Shown one piece after another: positions 1-7,958 of a stretch of DNA of 43,969 nucleotides. The position numbers and the translations under genes are program-made. The notes below the pieces were generated by a model. The model had not been told where the DNA came from and did no database searches. It worked only from the letters and a program-made list of their open reading frames with translations. This DNA is from Escherichia phage SZH-1: sequence record NC_073319.1; one strand, 5' to 3'. The first letter of the stretch is position 1. Each line of letters starts with the position of its first letter.

Positions 1-51
1 ACGCGCCCTACGCGTCTAAAGGGATTATATAAGGGGATTAGGCGGGATGTA

Positions 52-75
52 CAGAAAAGCCCTCCGTAGAGGGCT
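52..75 (-). terminator. Putative intrinsic terminator ending the leftward small-gene operon
   Basis: Hairpin AGCCCTC-cgta-GAGGGCT (58..75); on the minus strand it is followed by TTTTCT. Confidence 0.4.
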
Positions 76-177
76 TGCATCAGTTGCATATGCCGTGTCG
101 TGGTGCTCTTTTACCATCGCCGCCGTAATGGTCGTTAGCTACGGGAATGGTCCAGGCGTTAGGTATGATTAGTAGTT

Positions 178-360
178 TCATTTGAAAAACCACAACAGGA
201 TTTGAGCGATACCGGCGACATATAGACCACCTACCGTCATCCATAATTGATTCTTAGGTAGTTGTTTCATCACCGACCAACTTGATATTAGAATCCATGC
301 AAAGGATATCGTGAATACATTATCCCCGAAATGGATAAGAAACTCTAAAACCTCAATCAT
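178..360 (-). CDS. Small hydrophobic membrane protein (60 aa)
   Basis: ATG start; ATGA overlap with upstream gene; hydrophobic sequence ...FAWILISSWSV...GGLYVAGIAQILLWFF. Confidence 0.5.
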   Translation of the reverse strand: MIEVLEFLIHFGDNVFTISFAWILISSWSVMKQLPKNQLWMTVGGLYVAGIAQILLWFFK

Positions 361-593
361 TCCCTGCTCTCCCCTCGTGCGATGCGTTGCTCAGTTTTAG
401 TGATACCCCGGCGCGTGAATAACACCGGGCTTGTCTTAACGTGCGTCATCAGACGGTTGTTATAAATTACGTGGCGCTCGCAGTTAACATCGTTGCGGTA
501 CTTGGCAATAGTCATTTCGCTGATACCTGTTTGCCGGCAAGTCTCCGACATATTTCCGTACTCTTCAATCAGTTTAGGGATGCTGGTAATCAA
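357..593 (-). CDS. Putative HTH DNA-binding protein (78 aa)
   Basis: TTG start overlapping the upstream stop (TTGA) with AAGGAG 9 nt upstream; HTH-like segment TGISEMTIAKYR. Confidence 0.5.
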   Translation of the reverse strand: MITSIPKLIEEYGNMSETCRQTGISEMTIAKYRNDVNCERHVIYNNRLMTHVKTSPVLFTRRGITKTEQRIARGESRE

Positions 594-871
594 TTTGTCT
601 CTCCTTTAGTGACAGTAATGTCTTTCTTGTCCAGGTCTACAAAAATAGTATGTGCACCGCTTGTGTAAACGTGGCATCGCGGGATGAGGCTTTCTGTGGT
701 CCATAAAAACTCGTGCGGACGACCAGCGCGCACCCTTCTAATTTCAAACTTGCCGTATTTAATGACAACCCCGTAGTTATGTGTTGCAGATTGGTTGCAG
801 AATTTACTATAAACGGCTTCTTCTATCGCAGATTCAATATCAGTGAATCTCGATGCAACAGTGCGTGCCAT
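590..871 (-). CDS. Hypothetical protein (93 aa)
   Basis: ATG-initiated ORF in the leftward gene chain; no recognisable motif. Confidence 0.5.
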   Translation of the reverse strand: MARTVASRFTDIESAIEEAVYSKFCNQSATHNYGVVIKYGKFEIRRVRAGRPHEFLWTTESLIPRCHVYTSGAHTIFVDLDKKDITVTKGETN

Positions 872-943
872 TAGTATCTACCCCACAAGAATCCAACCAA
901 CAGCCCAATGAAGTAACTAAGACTTACCAGACTGATAACCACT

Positions 944-1204
944 TCAAGACCCATATCCAATACCCCACATAACTAACATCCCAACCGCCACACCAATCAG
1001 AATCGATACTGTTGTATTCGTCCACACCCGTTGGCTACGCAAACTTTCGGCGTTCTCCAGAATGTTGCGAACACGCGTTAAGTGTTCAATCTCCAGTTTC
1101 GCAGCGGTTAGTTCCTGAGTTACTTTTGAGTATTTACCGTTAATCTTATCAAGCGCCCTCTTAAGGTCTTTGTTGTTCTTCTTGAGTTGTTCAATCTGTT
1201 CCAT
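944..1204 (-). CDS. Coiled-coil protein with C-terminal transmembrane anchor
   Basis: Internal ATG (MEQIEQLKK...) chosen; heptad-like N-terminal region, C-terminal hydrophobic helix VSILIGVAVGMLVMWGIGYG. Confidence 0.45.
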   Translation of the reverse strand: MEQIEQLKKNNKDLKRALDKINGKYSKVTQELTAAKLEIEHLTRVRNILENAESLRSQRVWTNTTVSILIGVAVGMLVMWGIGYGS

Positions 1205-1206
1205 AA

Positions 1207-1455
1207 CTACCCCACTATCTCGTCGCCAAGCCACGCCGTTTCTCGTATATCGTCAACCACACACGCGGCGTGCTCACGGCTAATTGCAAAAATGTAGAAG
1301 CTGAACTTCTTCCCGTCGGCGTCGATGTGGTTAACCGAGTAAGGTTTCCACAGGACGCCATCAATAACTACCGGTTTAGGCGGCCCCATACACTTCACCG
1401 CACTTAATGCACGTTGCTCTATGTAGTCCCCCAACCACATGTAGGTAGTAGTCAT
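1207..1455 (-). CDS. Hypothetical protein (82 aa)
   Basis: ATG start; overlaps the next ORF (1376..1615) by about 80 nt in another frame, so one of the two may be wrong. Confidence 0.4.
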   Translation of the reverse strand: MTTTYMWLGDYIEQRALSAVKCMGPPKPVVIDGVLWKPYSVNHIDADGKKFSFYIFAISREHAACVVDDIRETAWLGDEIVG

Positions 1456-1615
1456 GTACGCAAGGCTTCTCGTCCGCTTTCATGCTCTCAAGCAGCAACT
1501 TAAACGCCTCCAGTTGAAACTCACCGTTAATTGATAGTTGCCCGCCTAACGTCTGTTTCTCTGACTCAAGCACCAGGATACGGTTCTCGAGTGATGCGAT
1601 TGTGATTTTAGGCAT
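1376..1615 (-). CDS. Hypothetical Cys-containing protein
   Basis: Internal ATG at 1615 (MPKITIAS...); C-terminal CVHD...CIKCG; overlaps 1207..1455. Confidence 0.4.
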   Translation of the reverse strand: MPKITIASLENRILVLESEKQTLGGQLSINGEFQLEAFKLLLESMKADEKPCVHDYYLHVVGGLHRATCIKCGEVYGAA

Positions 1616-1850
1616 TAGTGTCACCTTTGTTCAGGTTGAAGCGGTTAATCAGTTCACGGCGGCGTTCCATAAGGATGTCTACCTGGCGTAAGTAGTGCTC
1701 AATGTGGGCGTCAATCCACGCTATTTCAGATTCACCAGTAGCGGATTCTACGCATGCTTTTTCATACTCACGGTCGGTCATAAAACTCGTCCCCATCAAC
1801 GTACTCGCAAGTACCATCGTTAAAATGCAGACACCAAACAGCTTTAACAT
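1608..1850 (-). CDS. Hypothetical protein with hydrophobic N-terminus
   Basis: ATG start; N-terminus MLKLFGVCILTMVLASTLMG looks like a signal or TM segment; overlaps 1768..1959, start may be internal. Confidence 0.4.
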   Translation of the reverse strand: MLKLFGVCILTMVLASTLMGTSFMTDREYEKACVESATGESEIAWIDAHIEHYLRQVDILMERRRELINRFNLNKGDTNA

Positions 1851-1959
1851 CTAACTGCGGCATTGGGTGTCTTTCACGGACAACTGCTGTTATTTTCAAC
1901 CTTCTCCACTCAGGGGTTAACCAGCTATCGCCAACTTTTGGTAACGGTTTACGTCTCAT
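1768..1959 (-). CDS. Hypothetical protein (63 aa)
   Basis: ATG start in ATGA overlap with a hand-called upstream ORF. Confidence 0.4.
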   Translation of the reverse strand: MRRKPLPKVGDSWLTPEWRRLKITAVVRERHPMPQLDVKAVWCLHFNDGTCEYVDGDEFYDRP

Positions 1960-2114
1960 TCCTTACGCTCTCCCCACATGCGATTGAGATACTTGTTCTT
2001 GTCCGGCCCCAGGAAACTGTTACGTTTCATCAGTTCCTCACGTGTCGGGAACGGAGTGTGACTGACCTTACGGCCTACTCGTAATGGTTGGCTTACTTGG
2101 CCTTGTTCACTCAT
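1956..2114 (-). CDS. Hand-called small ORF (52 aa, MSEQGQVSQPLRVGRK...)
   Basis: Below the track's size cut-off; ATGA overlaps at both ends link it into the gene chain. Confidence 0.35.
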   Translation of the reverse strand: MSEQGQVSQPLRVGRKVSHTPFPTREELMKRNSFLGPDKNKYLNRMWGERKE

Positions 2115-2320
2115 TTCTTCTCTCCTGCAAACTTGAATTTATCCTCAAACTCCTTCCTACCAACACAATATTCTAAATAGGATTCATTGAATTTTATCAA
2201 TGGGTGGTCGGCGATAAGTATGTGGCACAACCCAACCGCAGTTACAATGACACTAACTTCACCTGCATCACCCCACGAGTAATTACACCTATAGATGCCA
2301 CCAACGATAACGTCGCTCAT
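2111..2320 (-). CDS. Hypothetical protein (69 aa)
   Basis: ATG start with AGGAG about 8 nt upstream. Confidence 0.5.
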   Translation of the reverse strand: MSDVIVGGIYRCNYSWGDAGEVSVIVTAVGLCHILIADHPLIKFNESYLEYCVGRKEFEDKFKFAGEKK

Positions 2321-2466
2321 TTCTTCGCTCCTGCATAAGCTGCTTTAAGTGTCTGCACCGCGGCGAACCAGAACGCGGACGCGGGGATGCTGTTGCTAAG
2401 GTTGCTGACGGCGATGCGTGCCATCAGTTGTGCGTCTTTGAATGCTTCGATATCTGTGATTTTCAT
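2317..2466 (-). CDS. Hand-called small ORF (49 aa, MKITDIEAFKDAQLMARIAV...)
   Basis: ATG overlaps the stop of 2466..2663 and its stop overlaps the ATG of 2111..2320. Confidence 0.35.
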   Translation of the reverse strand: MKITDIEAFKDAQLMARIAVSNLSNSIPASAFWFAAVQTLKAAYAGAKK

Positions 2467-2663
2467 TAGTTATTCTCCAGTATTTCTAACGCTTTCACGA
2501 GGTAACGTTTACGTAAAACATCAGTCTGCGCGCTATTAGCCCTGCGTATGTAGCCCGCAGCAGCCCTCATCTGTAGTTTTTCCACCGAACCATTCCCTAT
2601 AACTGATGCGATACATTTAACTTCGAGTTCTTCGGTTATTTCTATCGTCGATACGTTGCCCAT
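2466..2663 (-). CDS. Hypothetical protein (65 aa), first gene after a leftward promoter
   Basis: ATG start; sits directly downstream of the TTGACT-N17-TATATT promoter. Confidence 0.5.
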   Translation of the reverse strand: MGNVSTIEITEELEVKCIASVIGNGSVEKLQMRAAAGYIRRANSAQTDVLRKRYLVKALEILENN

Positions 2664-2697
2664 TTCTCTCTACTCCGTTCTCGTTGTCGATGAAGTA

Positions 2698-2726
2698 AAT
2701 ATAATAGGGTCGAGGATAATAGTCAA
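2698..2726 (-). promoter_or_regulatory. Sigma70-like promoter TTGACT-N17-TATATT driving 2663 leftward
   Basis: Minus-strand reading of 2698..2726; lies between the lysis terminator and the next gene. Confidence 0.45.
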
Positions 2727-2748
2727 CTAGTCATCACAGAAAATAGAT

Positions 2749-2777
2749 AAAAAAATCCCGGCTGGGTCAGGGCCGGG
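2749..2777 (-). terminator. Intrinsic terminator after the lysis cassette
   Basis: Stem CCCGGC/GCCGGG with a 9-nt loop, followed on the minus strand by seven T. Confidence 0.6.
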
Positions 2778-2931
2778 ATAAAACTGGAGAGCAGAGGGAT
2801 GGAGCAGGAGGTGATTTAAGTATCGTCGGATTAGTCTCAGGTGTCAACCTTTACGGAGAGTGTCAATCACACCCCAAATCACGCCAGTTATCGCACCAGC
2901 CCAATAGCCAGGAAAATGAAGTCAAACTCTG

Positions 2932-3432
2932 TCATTTAACAGCCCTCCCGATAGCCTCAGCCTCTTGCCACGGTTTACCGTCGAACAGGGCCAGACGCCC
3001 TGCCGTACGGCGACGCAGGCCTAGTAGCGGTTTGCCGTTCTGGTTGATGAACAGCGCCAGCTTGGCACGCAGGGCCACAACATCGCCCGAGCGGAGTGCC
3101 TTACCCGTGCCGGTGGTAGCTGCAATCACACCGGCGCCCGCGTTATACACCAGGTCGCAAACAGCGTCGAACTGCGCCTGTGTCAGTGAATGGTGCGCCA
3201 CCGAATCCACCGCAGCTACGGCCTTAGCCATATCGCGATTAAGTAACAGGAGGCCTTGTCCCGGTGTGATAGTCTGCCCGGCCTTAACATGTGGGCCATA
3301 GCTTCCGTACCCAATAGTAAGGTACTTCTCATTTGGCGTAGCACGATATGCAGTTCCACGGAACCCCTCGAACGCAGCGGTAAAATGCAATCCATTATCT
3401 GAAATGTTTCGAGACACGCTTATGCCCTCCAT
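2932..3432 (-). CDS. Endolysin, phage lysozyme (GH24, T4/lambda-R-like)
   Basis: N-terminal motif FEGFRGTAYRA...YLTIGYGSYG typical of GH24 lysozymes; follows two membrane-protein genes. Confidence 0.85.
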   Translation of the reverse strand: MEGISVSRNISDNGLHFTAAFEGFRGTAYRATPNEKYLTIGYGSYGPHVKAGQTITPGQGLLLLNRDMAKAVAAVDSVAHHSLTQAQFDAVCDLVYNAGAGVIAATTGTGKALRSGDVVALRAKLALFINQNGKPLLGLRRRTAGRLALFDGKPWQEAEAIGRAVK

Positions 3433-3667
3433 ACGACAGCCACGCCTGACGAATCTGGCGCAGCGCGACTAATGTGATTAATGTCTCAGGCAGCGTAGGC
3501 GACATGCTGCCCTGTAACAGGTGAATACATCCGGCGGCACAGACGATAGCAGTCAGGATATAGAGAACACGCCCGAACAGCCCGTCGTCCACGCGTTCAT
3601 TATACACGTTGAACAGGGACGAAGCGCCCATTGCCAGCATTACGACAAACCAGAATAGCTCAGTCAT
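3395..3667 (-). CDS. Holin or antiholin-like membrane protein (2 TM, basic C-terminus)
   Basis: Internal ATG at 3667 overlapping the stop of 3660..3968; TM segments LFWFVVMLAMGASSLF and VLYILTAIVCAAGCIHLL. Confidence 0.5.
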   Translation of the reverse strand: MTELFWFVVMLAMGASSLFNVYNERVDDGLFGRVLYILTAIVCAAGCIHLLQGSMSPTLPETLITLVALRQIRQAWLSYGGHKRVSKHFR

Positions 3668-3968
3668 GCGGTCCTCCTGGGCGGGCAATATCGCCGCCCG
3701 ATACGATGCCAGAAAGGCGGGAATAGATAGGCATCCAGAGAATGGCAATGATGAATCCGAGGCCAGCTATCTCGCGCTCACCGGTAATACCAAACCATTG
3801 AGCAGCAAGAGGCGCACCGAAAATGGCGCACGCGAAGCCGGTGAGAAGAAAGACCAGTCCGTCAATCGGCCCGGATATAGACTTTTTATGTTGTCTTAGT
3901 CCGACCAATCCACCGACCAGTGCGGCAGCGAGAAGCCACCCTGTCACTGTTTCAGTAAATTTATCCAA
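3660..3968 (-). CDS. Holin-like membrane protein (about 3 TM)
   Basis: TTG start with GGAGGA 6 nt upstream; three hydrophobic helices; immediately upstream of the endolysin. Confidence 0.55.
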   Translation of the reverse strand: MDKFTETVTGWLLAAALVGGLVGLRQHKKSISGPIDGLVFLLTGFACAIFGAPLAAQWFGITGEREIAGLGFIIAILWMPIYSRLSGIVSGGDIARPGGPHD

Positions 3969-4027
3969 GATGAATCCTCCAGGTGCGTATTAAGTATGCA
4001 GTAACTGGAGGATACCACGGGTAGGAA

Positions 4028-4465
4028 TTATCCTAATAGTTGTTTGGTAATAATCTCGCCGCCTGTGTTGGTGTCGAATTGCGCGGCTACTGTTACCGAA
4101 CGTGCCGCTGTATGGCCTAAATACATAGCCGCTAACGCATATGGCGAGCCAGAACCAACGGCGGCAAAGCCGTCCGCAATCGGAATAACCGAACTAAGCG
4201 CGCAATCCCATGATTTATAAAACGAGACTTTGTACACCTTTTTTGTGTCTTTCATGAATACCAAGGCTTCGAAATCGAAGTCGTATGATTTGGGGTTAAG
4301 TACGCCATTATCACGGATTAGCATAGCCCCAACCCCTGCATCTCCAGCCACCCCGATAACGGCAAAGTCATTCTCGTATATCTTCGTGTATGTGTTGTAG
4401 ATGTGGTCCCCTGCTACTCGGGTATCGCAGGCCATTGTCTTTCCGTCAAATGCGATAGTAGTCAT
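4028..4465 (-). CDS. HslV (ClpQ)-like Ntn-hydrolase peptidase
   Basis: N-terminus M-TTIAFDG (catalytic Thr after Met removal, cf. HslV TTIVSVRR) and GSGSPYALAA (cf. HslV GSGGPYAQAA). Confidence 0.65.
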   Translation of the reverse strand: MTTIAFDGKTMACDTRVAGDHIYNTYTKIYENDFAVIGVAGDAGVGAMLIRDNGVLNPKSYDFDFEALVFMKDTKKVYKVSFYKSWDCALSSVIPIADGFAAVGSGSPYALAAMYLGHTAARSVTVAAQFDTNTGGEIITKQLLG

Positions 4466-4755
4466 TTATGTCTCCAGATGTATTGTCGTCTCTGCGGTTT
4501 CGTCGGAATATCATCATAGCCCAACGATTTCCAGTAATTAAATAACCGATTAGCGATAGCCGCGCGTTCCTTTGTCTTGAACTCACCGAGATTCACGGCC
4601 TTCCCGTTCTGGAATCCACAGGCGCGGGCAGCTTTGCGTCTGGCCTGAATCTCGGGGTACATCGCGTTACGGCGACGCTTGTATATCTGCGTTTTAGCTC
4701 TCGGTGACAGCGGCGCAATGCCGCTTCGTTTCAGGATGTCAGTTGCGAGGCTCAT
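4462..4755 (-). CDS. Hypothetical basic protein (97 aa)
   Basis: ATG start; ATGA-coupled to the HslV-like gene. Confidence 0.5.
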   Translation of the reverse strand: MSLATDILKRSGIAPLSPRAKTQIYKRRRNAMYPEIQARRKAARACGFQNGKAVNLGEFKTKERAAIANRLFNYWKSLGYDDIPTKPQRRQYIWRHK

Positions 4756-4817
4756 TCACATACACGCCATAAGAAACATACATACGCCAAGTATGGATAG
4801 CACAATTATCAGCCCCA

Positions 4818-5093
4818 TTACTCCACCCCTTCCACATGCGTAACTGACCCACAGTTCGCGCACTCGACGTAATCCGGGAACTGGTCTTTATATTTCTGTA
4901 ACTCAGCTTCCGCCTTTTCGGCACGTGCCAAAAAGCTGAAAGCGTCATTGAGTACCTGCACACGCCACGCCATGAGTTCTTTGAACTTACGCTCAAGTTC
5001 CTCATAGTCTTCGTATCTTACAAGATTACCCGCGTCACATTCATAAACTTCCATTTCCCAGTCATACCCGTATGTTTCATATCTCTGTACCAT
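4818..5093 (-). CDS. Hypothetical protein (91 aa)
   Basis: Internal ATG (MVQRYETYG...) placed next to the upstream stop; C-terminal CANCG. Confidence 0.45.
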   Translation of the reverse strand: MVQRYETYGYDWEMEVYECDAGNLVRYEDYEELERKFKELMAWRVQVLNDAFSFLARAEKAEAELQKYKDQFPDYVECANCGSVTHVEGVE

Positions 5094-5094
5094 G

Positions 5095-5298
5095 TTATTT
5101 CTCCTGTTTACCAAGTCGCTTAGGTGAGCATATAGCGCGTACCTCTGAATCGTTAGGCTTGTCACCCTGAAACAGGAAGTGCGCGTTCTCTGCGGCGCGT
5201 GCCGCTGACTGGCACGCCTCCATCGAGTAAAACGTTTCTGATGCCGCTAGTTGCATCTGGCCCGCAGACAGTACCCAGATAAAGAGGATGCTGGTCAT
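5095..5298 (-). CDS. Small protein with signal-peptide-like N-terminus
   Basis: MTSILFIWVLSAGQMQLAASE...; ATGA overlap with upstream gene. Confidence 0.5.
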   Translation of the reverse strand: MTSILFIWVLSAGQMQLAASETFYSMEACQSAARAAENAHFLFQGDKPNDSEVRAICSPKRLGKQEK

Positions 5299-5708
5299 TT
5301 AAGTTTAGCCCCACAATCAAGACACTTTTTAGTAAACCCAGGCGCAAAACCCTTACGCAAACCAACGGTATTAGTGTGTCGGCAATCAATTAATTCAGCT
5401 TCTTGCTTACCGCATTTAGCGCAAATGAAGTAGTCTCCTTTTTCATCCAGAACCCAATCATGCTCGCATTCCTGGGTATCCTCTTTACGGCAACCGGATT
5501 GCTCCTGTTTGCGGATAAGTTTGTACGCCTCCGCGTCGCCCGTAGCTTTGACCAGCGCCATATGTAGCTCCTTAATCTGCGCTGACGCATCACGTAACCG
5601 ATTCTTAAGTGACTGCACCCCATGCGCCAGGTCTTCGCACTTGTTGCTGTTTACCTGCTGCCGTAGCTGGTCAATCAGGTACTCGAATACTTCGTTTTTA
5701 GTGTTCAT
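5295..5708 (-). CDS. Cys-rich putative zinc-binding protein (137 aa)
   Basis: C-terminal half CEHD...CAKCG...C...CLDCG resembles a zinc ribbon. Confidence 0.55.
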   Translation of the reverse strand: MNTKNEVFEYLIDQLRQQVNSNKCEDLAHGVQSLKNRLRDASAQIKELHMALVKATGDAEAYKLIRKQEQSGCRKEDTQECEHDWVLDEKGDYFICAKCGKQEAELIDCRHTNTVGLRKGFAPGFTKKCLDCGAKLK

Positions 5709-5893
5709 AGTACATCTCCAACAAACCCAACCTTCATGATGCCGCGTTCACCTTTCTTACCGGCACGAAGCCACTCACGTGCGACTTTCTCGTCGGCGAA
5801 CACGAATTTAGGTACATGCTTTCCATCAGCGGCAATAACCCACGCCGACCATACCGGGGTGACTTTAATCAAACGCTCGTTTTTGTTACTCAT
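5705..5893 (-). CDS. Hypothetical protein (62 aa)
   Basis: Internal ATG with GGAGGAG upstream; starts MSNKNERLIK. Confidence 0.5.
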   Translation of the reverse strand: MSNKNERLIKVTPVWSAWVIAADGKHVPKFVFADEKVAREWLRAGKKGERGIMKVGFVGDVL

Positions 5894-6104
5894 CTTCTGA
5901 CTCCTCCCCATTATATTCTTCGAACACAAAGTCATCGTCTGCGGCTAGCGCCCATCGGCCGTAGCCAGTGTAATTGACATCAAGTTCAGTGCCGTTGTCG
6001 TCTATTATGTAGCAGCGGCTCTCGTCGCCGTCTTCTTTGAGGTGGTATAAGTCATTTTTAGTCAGCGCCCAATACCCATCATAGGATTTGCATTCCAGGA
6101 GCAT
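5886..6104 (-). CDS. Acidic hypothetical protein (72 aa)
   Basis: ATG start directly downstream of a TTGCAC-N17-TACTAT promoter. Confidence 0.5.
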   Translation of the reverse strand: MLLECKSYDGYWALTKNDLYHLKEDGDESRCYIIDDNGTELDVNYTGYGRWALAADDDFVFEEYNGEESEDE

Positions 6105-6133
6105 CTTCTGTCTCTCCTCTCGTTTGTGTAAAT

Positions 6134-6164
6134 GAATAGTAGTCTATTCTATCCCAGTGTGCAA
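6134..6164 (-). promoter_or_regulatory. Promoter TTGCAC-N17-TACTAT with perfect dyad GAATAG-tagt-CTATTC over the -10
   Basis: -35 at 6159..6164, -10 at 6136..6141, dyad 6134..6149; one member of the repeated promoter-operator family. Confidence 0.5.
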
Positions 6165-6171
6165 GTAAATT

Positions 6172-6345
6172 TTATTGGTGTGTTATGGAGTCGATGAATG
6201 CCAGTAACTCCCTTTCCGCTTCTGCTTCTCTTTCTTCAAGCGACCAGGTAGCGGATTCCTCTGTCGCCGTTGCTAAATCGGTTTTCGCATCAACCATCGT
6301 GTCGATTAACGTGATTAGTCGTTCAGCCTGTTCTTTAGTAATCAT
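6172..6345 (-). CDS. Hand-called small acidic ORF (57 aa, MITKEQAERLITLIDTMV...)
   Basis: ATG with AGGAG 9 nt upstream; antisense to a low-complexity plus-strand ORF that I reject. Confidence 0.35.
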   Translation of the reverse strand: MITKEQAERLITLIDTMVDAKTDLATATEESATWSLEEREAEAERELLAFIDSITHQ

Positions 6346-6395
6346 TGTTGCATCTCCTGCAATAGTCTCTTCGATTGTTGCGTTTGGTGAAATAG

Positions 6396-6436
6396 AACAA
6401 AAATGAGAAAAATGATACGCTGCTGTGTAGCAGCGT
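6396..6436 (-). terminator. Putative intrinsic terminator after the DUF551-like gene
   Basis: Perfect hairpin ACGCTGCT-gtgt-AGCAGCGT followed on the minus strand by a T-rich tract. Confidence 0.45.
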
Positions 6437-6469
6437 AAGTCACTCGGTAAAATCCCAAACTATTGAACA

Positions 6470-6670
6470 TCACACTTCCGGCGGCTCTGGTAACGGCATC
6501 CAGTGCGTCACGTACTTATCATAGTGATTCCAGAACGGCTTTCTACCGCCATCAGGAACTATGTAATAATCGTGCTGAACTGCGTTATTCAACGTTTCAT
6601 ACACCAGGAACTCTTTATTGGTACTACCGTTACCCGGCAGCATCTCGCTACACTTAATCCACTCACCCAT
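6470..6670 (-). CDS. DUF551-like small phage protein
   Basis: C-terminal WMPLPEPP-type ending common in DUF551 proteins; RBS GAGGTGA. Confidence 0.5.
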   Translation of the reverse strand: MGEWIKCSEMLPGNGSTNKEFLVYETLNNAVQHDYYIVPDGGRKPFWNHYDKYVTHWMPLPEPPEV

Positions 6671-6673
6671 AAA

Positions 6674-6817
6674 TCACCTCGTATTCATCACAGTTTGCAC
6701 ACCAGCTTTCCACGCCCGCCACGCGAGACGCGTCTTAACGTTCAGGTACTCTTTCTTTAAACCCTTGTTAACCGGCAGACCCTCTACGACGGCCCATCGT
6801 TCGAATGCTTCTCTCAT
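6674..6817 (-). CDS. Hand-called small ORF (47 aa, MREAFERWAVVEGLPVNKG...)
   Basis: Fills the gap between two listed genes; its stop lies next to the RBS of the next gene. Confidence 0.35.
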   Translation of the reverse strand: MREAFERWAVVEGLPVNKGLKKEYLNVKTRLAWRAWKAGVQTVMNTR

Positions 6818-6820
6818 AAC

Positions 6821-7012
6821 TCAGTCCTCCAGAACCTCACACTCACGGGGGTACACAACTATATACCCGGCGTCGCATTCAATTACGAATATACCGTCAA
6901 CTACGTCGTCCGCTTCAAATTCATCCCCAACGGCAATACCCCAGTAACTAAGCGGAAAATCGTCGCCATCGCACGGGTCCACATAATCAACATCAGTTAT
7001 TCGAATTCTCAT
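6821..7012 (-). CDS. Acidic hypothetical protein (63 aa)
   Basis: ORF in a translationally coupled early gene chain. Confidence 0.5.
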   Translation of the reverse strand: MRIRITDVDYVDPCDGDDFPLSYWGIAVGDEFEADDVVDGIFVIECDAGYIVVYPRECEVLED

Positions 7013-7266
7013 TTACGGCAACCTCCCTCAGAGTCGTCGGCACGAGCATCATGATTCGGTGCCGTTGCGAATGAGGCGGAAACAACATTGAAGAAACTAA
7101 CTGTTAAAGTTTCGCTCACAGAGTCCTCTAAATCCCATTCATCACCGTCTTCATCTAAAACGTATCGACGGCCGTCGTAATATACCCCCGACGAATACTT
7201 GTTACCCTTTACAAACCAATGCTGCACATCTGGACCGGATTCAATACAAATTAATTCTTCCATCAC
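7009..7266 (-). CDS. Hypothetical protein (85 aa)
   Basis: ATGA-type overlaps on both sides. Confidence 0.5.
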   Translation of the reverse strand: MMEELICIESGPDVQHWFVKGNKYSSGVYYDGRRYVLDEDGDEWDLEDSVSETLTVSFFNVVSASFATAPNHDARADDSEGGCRK

Positions 7267-7454
7267 TTCGCCCCTTTGAATTTAAAATTGTTGCCGATGA
7301 GTGTTAAATTATCGCGTAAGGCGAAACCAGGTTTCTTTCTTACCAGACCCCATACGTCGACCAGATTATCCTCGTCATACTCGTTCTCGTCCTGCAACAC
7401 TAATACATATTGTTCTCCGCGTTTAGTTTTCGCCAACTGACCCTTCTTAAACAT
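7263..7454 (-). CDS. Hypothetical protein, first gene of the leftward early operon
   Basis: Internal ATG at 7454 with GAGGAG about 9 nt upstream; directly downstream of a TTGCAT-N17-TACTAT promoter. Confidence 0.5.
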   Translation of the reverse strand: MFKKGQLAKTKRGEQYVLVLQDENEYDEDNLVDVWGLVRKKPGFALRDNLTLIGNNFKFKGAK

Positions 7455-7486
7455 AACCCCCACTCCTCTGTCTCGTTCCTATAGGT

Positions 7487-7517
7487 GAATAGTATCCTAT
7501 TATGTTGGGGTATGCAA
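7487..7517 (-). promoter_or_regulatory. Leftward promoter TTGCAT-N17-TACTAT with dyad GAATAG-tatc-CTATT
   Basis: -35 at 7512..7517, -10 at 7489..7494; same motif family as 6134, 10923, 29405 and 38257. Confidence 0.5.
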
Positions 7518-7599
7518 GAGATTCATTGAAAATGGTTACGTTGCCGTTGCGATTCTTCAGGGAAGGTTGTGCCTTTATTCTTATTACTTGGTAACTAAA

Positions 7600-7620
7600 G
7601 GGCAGGCTTAAGGCCTGCCC
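7600..7620. promoter_or_regulatory. GC-rich hairpin in the divergent control region
   Basis: GGGCAGGC-ttaag-GCCTGCCC, an 8-bp perfect stem inside the 495-nt non-coding region. Confidence 0.35.
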
Positions 7621-7897
7621 AATAATCGTTACATTTTTACGGTTGCGAATCTACGGCACTTTAAGAAAATCAGATACTTAAGAGATTTGCTGCCGTTGAG
7701 AATAGAGCTTGCCCAGGGCAACCGGAGATACTTAGGAAGGAAAGTTACAATAATTCTCGTGTTCAGTAAGCCTGTGTTTAACCCTTTGCTTGTCGCACGG
7801 GTTAAACATTCTTACAAGGTGAACAGGAATCAAAGTAACTAAGATACAGAAGCACCTTAAACGAAGATTTTCATAATGTCAATAGGTGCGATTATGT

Positions 7898-7926
7898 TTG
7901 ATTTCCCATTATTCGCAATGTATACT
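7898..7926 (+). promoter_or_regulatory. Rightward promoter TTGATT-N17-TATACT for the replication operon
   Basis: Hexamers at 7898..7903 and 7921..7926, about 30 nt before the 7959 gene. Confidence 0.45.
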
Positions 7927-7958
7927 TGGTTTCGTTAACTGATAATGAGGGTTTGAGA

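Noticed and set aside
1863-2084. Listed plus-strand 73-aa ORF inside the leftward small-gene chain
   Set aside because: Antisense to an ATGA-coupled run of minus-strand ORFs; no promoter or RBS seen.
4739-5005. Listed minus-strand ORFs 4739..5005 and 5162..5389 overlapping better-supported genes in other frames
   Set aside because: They break the ATGA-coupled chain of neighbouring genes and translate to low-complexity sequence.
6185-6406. Listed plus-strand 73-aa ORF in the 6105..6469 spacer
   Set aside because: Serine/alanine-rich translation; the opposite strand carries a 57-aa ORF with a strong RBS consistent with the operon direction.
7464-7958. tRNA gene in the large intergenic region
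   Set aside because: No acceptor/T-arm pattern (GTTCGAATC-like T-loop with matching stems) was found; GGTTGCGAATC is only a superficial resemblance.
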